Assembly (NCBI GenBank): GCA_964016885.1
Contig: OZ024741.1
Span: forward strand, 8,122,001-8,186,000
Direction: 5' to 3'
Length of the DNA: 64,000 bases
Source: Eledone cirrhosa
Lineage: Eukaryota
Shown here: positions 55,401 through 64,000 of the stretch, piece by piece
How the letters are laid out: the number at the start of each line of letters is the position of its first letter
Position numbering within the stretch: position 1 is the first letter of the stretch
The notes under the pieces: model-generated
What the model was told of the DNA's origin: nothing
The model's database searches: none
The model's input: the letters and a program-made list of their open reading frames with translations, nothing else
Translations under genes and position numbers: made by a program

Positions 55401-57153
55401 CTGTCTGTTGACTAACTACCAGACGGTCTGGCCAGGTCTGTCTGATGACCAATCACCACAGAGTGTGGCCAGGTCTATCTGTTGACCAGTCACCAGACAG
55501 TGTGGCCAGGTCTGTCTGTTGACTAACCACCAGACAGTGTGGCCAGGTCTGTCTGTTGACCAACCACCAGACAGTGTGGCCAGGTCTGTCTGTTGACCAA
55601 CCACCAGCCAGTGTAGCCAGGTCTGTCTGTTAACCAATCACCAGCCAGTGTGTCCATGTCTGTCTGTTGACTAACCACCAGACAGTCTGGCCAGGTCTGT
55701 CTGTTGACCAATCATCAGAGAGTGTGGCCGGGTCTGTCTGTTGACCAACCACCAGACAGTGTGGCCAGGTCTGTCTGTTAACCAATCACCAGACAGTGTG
55801 GCCATGTCTGTCTGTTGACTAACCACCAGAGAGTCTGGCCAGGTCTGTCTGTTGACCAATCACCACAGAGTGTGGCCAGGTCTGTCTGTTGACCAACCAC
55901 CAGACAGTGTGGCCAGGTCTGTCTGTTGACCAATCACAAGACAGTGTGGCCAGGTGTGTCTGTTGACCAATCACCAGACAGTGTGGCCAGGTCTGTCTAT
56001 TGACCAACCACCAGACAGTGTGGCCAGGTCTGTCTGTTGACCAGTCACCAGACAGTGTGGCCAGGTCTATCTGTTGACCAGTCACCAGACAGTGTGGCCA
56101 GGTCTGTCTGTTGACCAACCACCAGACAGTGTGGCCAGGTGTGTCTGTTGACCAATCACCAGACAGTGTGGCCAGGTCTATCTGTTGACCAATCACCAGA
56201 CAGTGTGGCCAGGTCTGTCTGTTGACCAACCACCAGACAGTGTGACCAGGTCTGTCTGTTGACCAATCACCAGACAGTGTAGCCAGGTCTGTCTGTTGAC
56301 CAATCACAAGACAGTGTGGCCAGGTGTGTCTGTTGACCAATCACCAGACAGTGTAGCCAGGTCTGTCTGTTGACCAACCACCAGACAGTGTGGCCAGGTC
56401 TATCTGTTGACCAGTGACCAGACAGTGTGGCCAGGTCTGTCTGTTGACCAACCACCAGACAATGTGGCCAGGTCTGTCTGTTGACCAACCACCAGACAGT
56501 GTGGCCAGGTCTGTCTGTTGACCAACCACCAGACAATGTGGCCAGGTCTGTCTGTTGACCAATCACCAGACAGTGTAGCCAGGTCTGTCTGTTGACCAAC
56601 CACCAGAGAGTGTGGCCAGGTCTGTCTGTTGACCAGTCACCAGACAGTGTGGCCAGGTCTGTCTGTTGACCAACTACCAGACAGTGTGGCCAGGTCTGTC
56701 TGTTGACCAACCACCAGACAGTGTAGCCAGGTCTGTCTGTTGACCAATCACCAGACAGTGTGGCCAGGTCTGTCTGTTGACTAACCACCAGACAGTGTGG
56801 CCAGGTCTGTCTGTTGACCAACCACCAGACAGTGTAGCCAGGTCTGTCTGTTGACCAATCACCAGACAGTGTGGCCAGGTCTGTCTGTTGACCAACCACT
56901 GACAGTGTGGCCAAGTCTGTCTGTTAACCAATCACCAGACAGTGTGGCCAGGTCTGTCTCTTGACCAATCACCAGACAGTGTGGCCAGGTCTGTCTCTTG
57001 ACCAACCACCAGACAGTGTGGCCAGGTCTGTCTGTTGACCACTCACCAGACAGTGTAGCCAGGTCTGTCTGTTGACCAATCACCAGACAGTGTGGCCAAG
57101 TCTGTCTGTTGACCAACCACCAGACAGTGTGGCCAGGTCTGTCTGTTGACCAA
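19423..57153. repeat. 37-bp tandem satellite (about 1,020 copies, 37.7 kb) with higher-order repeat structure
   Basis: Monomer gtgtggccaggtctgtctgttgaccaa(c/t)caccagaca, head to tail with no spacers. Near-identical ORF-track strings recur at offsets of 4625 (125 monomers), 4662 (126), 3293 (89), 1924 (52), 1517 (41) and 666 (18). Confidence 0.99.
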
Positions 57154-57166
57154 GTTGATAAGTTAC

Positions 57167-58260
57167 AAAGTAATATTTTAACAGCAGACGATGAAGAAAA
57201 CACGAGAGGATATGTTAAAAAGTAATATTTTAACTGCAGACGTTGAAGAAAACACGAGAGGAGATGTTAAAAAGTAATATTTTAACAGCAGACGTTGAAG
57301 AAAACACGAGAGGAGATGTTAAAAAGTAATATTTTAACAGCAGACGTTGAAGAAAACACGAGAGGAGATGTTAAAAAGTAATATTTTAACAGCAGACGAT
57401 GAAGAAAACATGAGAGGAGATGTTAGAAAGTAATATTTTAACAGCCGACGATGAAGAAAACACGAGAGGATATGTTAAAAAGTAATATTTTAACAGCAGA
57501 CGATGAAGAAAACACGAGAGGAGATGTTAAAAAGTAATATTCTAAAAGCAGACGATGAAGAAAACACGAGAGGGTATGTTAAAAAGTAATATTTTAAAAG
57601 CAGACGATGAAGAAAACACGAGAGGAGAAGTTAAAAAGTCATGTTTTAACAGCAGACGACGAAGAAAACCACTTGCAGAGATGTTAAAAAGTAATATTTT
57701 AACAGCAGACGATGAAGAAAACACGAGAGGAGATGTCAAAAAGTAATATTTTAACAGCAGACGATGAAGAAAACACGAGAGGATATGTTAAAAAGTAATA
57801 TTTTAACAGCAGACGATGAAGAAAACACGAGAGGATATGTTAAAAAGTAACATTTTAACAGCAGACGATGAAGAAAACACGAGAGGAGATGTTAAAAAGT
57901 AATATTTTAACAGCAGACGATGAACAAAACACGAGAGGATATGTTAAAAAGTAATATTTTAACAGCAGACGATGAAGAAAACACGGGAGGAGATGTTAAA
58001 AAGTAATATTTTAACAGCAGACGATGAAGAAAACAACTTGCAGAGATGTTAAAAAGTATTATTTTAACAGCAGACGATGAACAAAATACGAGAGGATATG
58101 TTAAAAAGTAATATTTTAACAGCAGACGATGAAGAAAACACGAGAGGAGATGCTAAAAAGTAATATTTTAACAGCAGACGATGAAGAAAACACGAGAGAT
58201 GTTAAAAGTAATATTTTAACAGCAGACGATGAAGAAAACAACTTGCAGAGATGTTAAAAA
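57167..58260. repeat. 52-bp minisatellite, about 21 copies
   Basis: Unit gttaaaaagtaatattttaacagcagacgatgaagaaaacacgagaggagat (period 52, e.g. 57181 to 57233). A variant unit with acttgcagag occurs at ~57670, ~58035 and ~58240. Confidence 0.97.
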
Positions 58261-58464
58261 CTAGAGTAAGTCCCCAACTTACGAACGTTCTCCGAACTTC
58301 CGCAGATACGATCAGTCTCCCCAAATATAATAATTGTCTCTTTTTGAAATTCGCGTTTTTCTTGTGGGCTCTTTCAGACCCTGGGTTCCTTCGTTTGCAG
58401 CATAAAAACAAACCGAAATCCTTACTGTAATGTTTTAATAGCAGACGATAGAAGACGTAGTTAC

Positions 58465-58520
58465 GGGAGGAGACGGATAAGTAAGAGAGGGACAGAAGAA
58501 GAGAAAGAGAGGGAGTGAGT

Positions 58521-58551
<31 letters not shown>

Positions 58552-59700
58552 GAAGAGCGAGAGTTATAGAGGAAGGGGAGGGAGTGAGGGAGTGAGAGAA
58601 GAAGAAAAAGACGAAGAAGAATAAGAAGGAGGTGGAAGATGAGGAGGAGTAGGTGGAGGAGCAGGAGTAGGAGAAGAGAAAGGGGCAAGAGATGAAGAAA
58701 AAGAAGAAAGAGAAGAAAAAGAAGAAGAAAGTGGAGAAGAAGGAGAAGAAGAAGGAGGGGAAGGAGAATAATAATAATAAGAAGAAAGGAAGATGAGACT
58801 GATAGATTGGAAGATGAAAGTAATAGAGAAGGGGAAGAGAGAGAAAGGTGTAAGAAAAGAAATGAAGGAGAGAGAGAGAGAGGAAGAGAGACGGAGAGAG
58901 AGAGAGTGTGTGAAAGAGAGAGTGTGTGTGTGAGAGAGAGTGTGTGAAAGAGAGAGTGTGTGTGTGAGAGAGAGTGTGTGAAAGAGAGAGTGTGTGTGTG
59001 AGAGAGAGTGTGTGTGTGAGAGAGAGTGTGTGTGTAAAAGAGAGTGTGTGTGTGAGAGAGAGTGTGTGTGTGAGAGAGAGTGTGTGTGTAAAAGAGAGTG
59101 TGTGTGTGAGAGAGAGTGTGTGTGTAAAAGAGAGTGTGTGTGAGAGAGAGTGTGTGTGTGAGAGAGAGTGTGTGTGTGAAAGAGAGTGTGTGTGTGAGAG
59201 AGAGTGTGTGTGTGAGAGAGAGTGTGTGTGTGAAAGAGAGTGTGTGTGTGAAAGAGAGTGTGTGTGTGAGAGAGAGTGTGTGTGTGAGAGAGAGTGTGTG
59301 TGTGAAAGAGAGTGTGTGTGTGAGAGAGAGTGTGTGTGTGAGAGAGATTGTGTGTGTGAGAGAGAGTGTGTGTGTGAAAGAGAGAGTGTGTGTGTGAGAG
59401 AGAGTGTGTGTGTGAGAGAGAGTGTGTGTGTGAGAGAGAGTGTGTGTGTGAGAGAGAGTGTGTGTGTGAGAGAGAGTGTGTATGAAAGAGTGTGTGTGTG
59501 TGTGTTTGAAAGAGAGAGTGTATGAGAGAGAGAGAGTGAAAGAGAGAGTGGAAGAGATAGATAGAGAGAGAATGTGTGTGAACGAGAGAGAGAGGAAGAG
59601 AGGGAGAGAGGGAGAGAAACAAAGAGTGGATGTGTGAACGAGAGAGAGTGTGTGGAAGGGGGAGGGAAAAAAAGAGAGAGACACAGAGAGAGAGAGAGAA
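58465..59700. repeat. Purine-rich low-complexity tract followed by a compound (GA)n(GT)n 16-18-bp repeat
   Basis: GA/GAA/GGA-rich sequence at 58465-58900, then gagagagagtgtgtgtgt units at ~58900-59520. Confidence 0.93.
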
Positions 59701-59791
59701 AATTATGGTTTTATTGGATAGAAGTTCGGAATAAGATGAAATTGGTGAGTTTGAAGGGTTTCAGTTCACTGCTCCAAATAGACGAAACCTC

Positions 59792-60965
59792 TCCACCACC
59801 ACCACCACTACTACCACTACTAGCACCACTACCACTACTACTACCACCACTACCACCACCACCACCACCACTACTACTACCATTACCACCACCACTGCCA
59901 CTACTACTACCACTACCACCACCACCACAACTAATACCACTACCACTACCAATACCACTACTACTACCACTACGACCACCACCACTGCTACTACCACTAC
60001 CACTACCTCCAACACTACCACTACCACCACCGCTACCATTACCACCACTATTACTACTACCACTACTATTACCACTACCACCACCACCACTGCTACTACC
60101 ACTACCACTACCTCCACCACTACCACTACCACCACTGCCACCATCACCACCACCATCACCACCACCACCACCATCACCACCACCACCACCATCACCACTA
60201 CCACTACCACTACCACCACCACTACCACCACCAGCACCACCACCACTACCACCAACACCACCATCACCACACCACCACCACCACCACCACCACTGCCACC
60301 ATCACCACCACCACCACCACCATTACCACCACCACCACCACCACCACCACCACCACCACCGCCACCACCAATCCACCACCACCACCACCACCACTACCAC
60401 CACTACCACCACCACCACCACCACCACCACTACCACCACTACCACCACTACCACCACCACCACCACCACTACCACCACCACCACCACCACCACCACCACC
60501 ACCACCACCACCACCACCACCACCACCACCACCACCACTACCACCACCACCACCACTACCACCACCACCACCACCACCACCACTACCACCACTACCACCA
60601 CCACCACCACTACCACCACCACCACCACCACCACCACCACCACCACCACCACCACCACCACCACCACTACCACCACCACCACCACCACTACCACCACCAC
60701 CACCACTACCACCACCACCACCACCACCACCACCACCACCACCACCACCACCACCACCACCACCACCACCACCACCACCACCACCACCACCACCACTACC
60801 ACCACCACCACCACCACTACCACTACCACCACCACCACCACCACCACCACCACCACCACCACCACCACCACCACCACCACCAACACCATCACCATCACCA
60901 CCACCACCACCACTAACACCACCACCACCACCACCACCATCACCATCACCACCACCACCACCACC
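59792..60965. repeat. (ACC)n/(ACT)n trinucleotide tract, about 1.17 kb
   Basis: Mixed acc/act triplets that become nearly pure acc after ~60370. Confidence 0.97.
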
Positions 60966-61347
60966 TATTATTTTTACATTTACAAAGGAAATGGAGACCA
61001 CTGTCAATTGGATTTTAAATGCATTCCGTTCATATTGCTGCACTTAACCCCTCCGGCCCTCCCCGCCACTCTTTTTACAATGCACTTAAACACAACTATA
61101 AAATATTCCTACTACCGTAATACTACAAGCCGTTAAATACCATTCTAACTGCAATGGCTGCCGATTTATGGAATTCTCTAAAGCCACCATTTGCAAAAGA
61201 TGGCTGATCTACTTTCTACACTTCCTCCCACCAACAGCCTCTCACCATTGTTTCTTGTCTGATAATCATAACCTGTTAGTTTGTTAGTGTACTTGTCTAT
61301 ATATTTGGAAGTAGAAATATGTATTATGTGTGTATGTAATTTTAAGT

Positions 61348-61403
61348 ATACACACACACAAACGCACACACACGCACATACACACACGCACACACACACA
61401 CAT

Positions 61404-61463
<60 letters not shown>

Positions 61464-61655
61464 GTACACATGCACGCACACACACACATATATATCTTTA
61501 TGTATCTATATGTATATATATATATGTATATATATAAATGGAATAGAATGAAACGAAATTTCATTTCTCACTCTGAGTGCGGCACTTACTTAAATGTAAG
61601 TATGTATGTATACGTACATACTACTGTACGTCTGTATACATATATGTATGTACGT

Positions 61656-61749
<94 letters not shown>

Positions 61750-61752
61750 ATA
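61348..61752. repeat. (CA)n and (TA)n microsatellites
   Basis: CA run at ~61350-61490 and TA run at ~61668-61741. Confidence 0.92.
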
Positions 61753-61754
61753 TT

Positions 61755-63694
61755 CTAAGGCGGGTAAAATTCCCGAGATCCATGGACGAGTTCTCTCCAG
61801 CGGTCTCTGTCCCTCATTATCGCTGCCATGTCCTGCGTCTCCAACAGACCAGTGTCTGTCCTTAGGGCATCAACATACGTTAACCTTGGTCTTCCTCTTC
61901 TAGTGTGTCCATGTAGGGGCTCCCAGAGGAGCACTGAGTGCAATGTCAACTCTGGATGTCGGTGAGCATGTCCAGCTAACCTCAGGCTCCTCTGTGTCAC
62001 TTTTGAGCTGACTTTTGGGATGCTCCCATACATCTCTGAGTTTTTCATCTTCAGTGTATACTGATTAATGTTCAGAGCCATCCTCAACATTCTCGTGTAG
62101 CACCCATCCACCATCTGAGTGAGTTTCTTGGTCAGTGTCCAAGTCTCAGACCCATACAGCAGCACAGACTCCACTACAGCAATGAAGAGGCGGACTTTCA
62201 GGTATCTACGAAGGTCCGACTTCCACACCGATCTCAAGCTGTGGCACGCCGCCCAGGCCTTGCTCTTCCTCTCAACCACATCATCTTCCGTATTCCCAAT
62301 CTTTGCTCCCAAATACAGGAAGCCCTCAACCGATTCTAGCGGCTTCCCGCCTATATTAGTGATCCCCTCTGGCTTCTCAACATTCTCTACCAGATATTTT
62401 GTTTTAGTCTCATTCATTCTCAGCCCCACACTCATCGACACAGTCTCAACCTCCCGCATCAAATCCTCTGCCTCCTTTCACTGTATTTGTCACCAAAACT
62501 ATGTCGTCGGCAAATTCAGCATCCGATACCTTTTTCGCCCTAACTCTCCTGCTCTGAGCCGGTGCTACAGTAAAGCCAGGGTCCTGGTGTTTCTCCAGTG
62601 CAAGGCGCATACAATAGTCCACCACGATGATAAAAAGGTAGGGAGCCAATGTATCTCCCTGGAGCACTCAAGCCAGTATCTCAAAGAACTCTGTCATCCC
62701 ATCAGGTGTAATGACTTGGGCTTTGGTGTTGGTGTAGAGCAGTGATATCAGGTCCACTATCTTCTTGGGGATTCCATAAGCCTGTAAGATCTTAATCAGG
62801 CAGTGACGGTCCACAGAATCAAAGGCCTTCCTAAAGTCAATGTAAACCATGACCGCAGGAAAGCACTTTGCTCTAGCTCCCTCTAATATCCTCCTCAGCA
62901 TCAGGATGTGACTGGTGGTTGATCTACCCTCTCTGAAGCCGTTCTGGTTGTCCCTGAGCTTCTTCTCCATCTCAGGCTGGATCCTGTTAAGAATCATCCT
63001 GTTGAGGGTCTTTGCCACAAGTTACGTCAGTGAGATCCCCCTGTAGTTGTTGGTGTTAGAGAGATCTCCTTTCTTTGGCACTGGGACGATGTTACTGATC
63101 TTCCACTGATTCGGGGCAACTCCCTTCTCCAGTGCCCCGTTACAGAACCCCAGGATGATATCATCAAAATCACACCTCTTCATCACCTCTGATGCCACTC
63201 CATCTTCTCCATGAGCCTTGCCCTCCTTGATCCTCTTCTTGGCTCTCTGAAGCTCCTCTCTGGTGAAGGGCTCTGTCTCAACATCCAGTTCCTCAAACAG
63301 CCGCCTGATCTCCCCAGTGCTCTGGGCTGTGGAGGGTGACTCTCCTAGTAGGGTCCTAAAATGGTCTAGCCATTTCCTCTTCCTATCCTCGGGCCCCTTT
63401 CCCTGGATCTGACTCGAACACCTTCTCTTCCTCCCTGTGATCTCGTTGATGATCATCCAGCTCTCCTTACATCCAGATCTGTCAACCGCTCTCTCCACAC
63501 TTCTGATCTTCTCTATCAGTGCCTCCTCTCTGACCTCAGTGTAAGCGGTACAGAGTTCTTCCCTTATCACCTCCACAGTCTCCATCCTCTCCTCCGTAGG
63601 ATCAGCATAGAATTGGTCCTTGGCAGCCTTCAGGTGTTCTCTGGCTGCACACACTTTTGGGTTTGCAGAGCTGACGTGCTTCCCTTTGTTCTTT
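61755..63694 (-). mobile_element. RTE-clade non-LTR retrotransposon, 5'-truncated, decayed RT ORF
   Basis: Collinear RT motifs across four ORF pieces: [82 protein letters not shown]. In-frame stops at ~63022 and ~62668 and a frameshift near 62477. (TA)n on both sides. Confidence 0.9.
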
Positions 63695-63739
63695 GTATAT
63701 ATATATATGTATATATATATATAGAGAGAGAGATACATC

Positions 63740-64000
63740 ACTGTTTGTTTGAAACTTCTCAAGTTGGTTGGCCATTGGTGTAAGAGGGAGTTCGTTGCTG
63801 CTGCTCTTAGGTTACCTTCGTACCATGCTGTGAGCTGATCCGGGATCCTGGATAGCAGGGTGTCGAGATGTTTCTTGAAAATATCCACGTCCACACCATG
63901 CAGATCCCTGAAATCCCTTGGCATCTTGTTGGAGAGTTGAGGGCCCTTGAATCCCAGGCTATTGCAATATCTGCTCCTTATTCTAGATGTGGAAGACGGG
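63740..64000 (-). mobile_element. 3' end of a second LINE (CR1-like ORF2 C-terminus), continuing beyond the window
   Basis: Translation RYCNSLGFKGPQLSNKMPRDFRDLHGVDVDIFKKHLDTLLSRIPDQ...RAAATNSLLHQ matches the remembered pattern of invertebrate CR1-group C-termini (N.LP...FK..LD..L...PD). Confidence 0.7.

Noticed and set aside
19423-57153. CRISPR array (37-bp partly palindromic repeat)
   Set aside because: The repeats are head to tail with no unique spacers, there are no cas genes and the context is eukaryotic.
19252-57203. Hundreds of minus-strand ORFs encoding WWLVNRQTWPHCLVVGQQTDLATLSGGWSTDRPGHTV repeats
   Set aside because: These are by-products of a 37-bp unit read through three frames. 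The common aacc-to-aatc variant creates TGA at random, with no frame preservation.
57167-58260. CRISPR-like array or coding repeat
   Set aside because: The whole 52-bp unit is repeated with no variable spacers, and 52 is not a multiple of 3.
58261-58426. Possible host exon (gtaagt and cttac splice-like motifs)
   Set aside because: There is no coherent acceptor-donor pair and no recognisable peptide. RNA-seq would be needed.
59574-61136. 520-aa Pro/His/Thr-rich ORF (mucin- or extensin-like) and antisense poly-Gly/Val ORFs
   Set aside because: These are translations of a trinucleotide microsatellite, with frame switching between homopolymers and no domain content.

Overview
Gene-free, repeat-dominated animal genomic DNA. 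The tRNA-derived SINEs resemble Octopus SINEs from memory, so a cephalopod origin is an inference. About 80% of the window is tandem DNA: a 50-bp satellite (1-~12874), a 37-bp satellite of about 1,020 copies with higher-order repeats (19423-57153), a 52-bp minisatellite, a 73-81-bp minisatellite and long microsatellites. The informative part is a ~6.5-kb island at 12.9-19.4 kb. It holds two SINEs, a degenerate Penelope-type RT fragment ending in a fold-back, and a 327-bp near-perfect palindrome whose arms each fold as a Penelope-type (type I) hammerhead-ribozyme-like motif with an unusually long helix II. It also holds a 5'-truncated but uninterrupted Penelope-like retroelement (RT + GIY-YIG, Neptune-like) with a U3:A8-variant hammerhead-like motif downstream. 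A 35-nt bipartite motif with identical spacing is shared between the palindrome and the PLE 3' UTR. The right end holds a decayed RTE-clade LINE and the 3' end of a CR1-like LINE. No host protein-coding gene, CRISPR array or rRNA/tRNA gene is supported.
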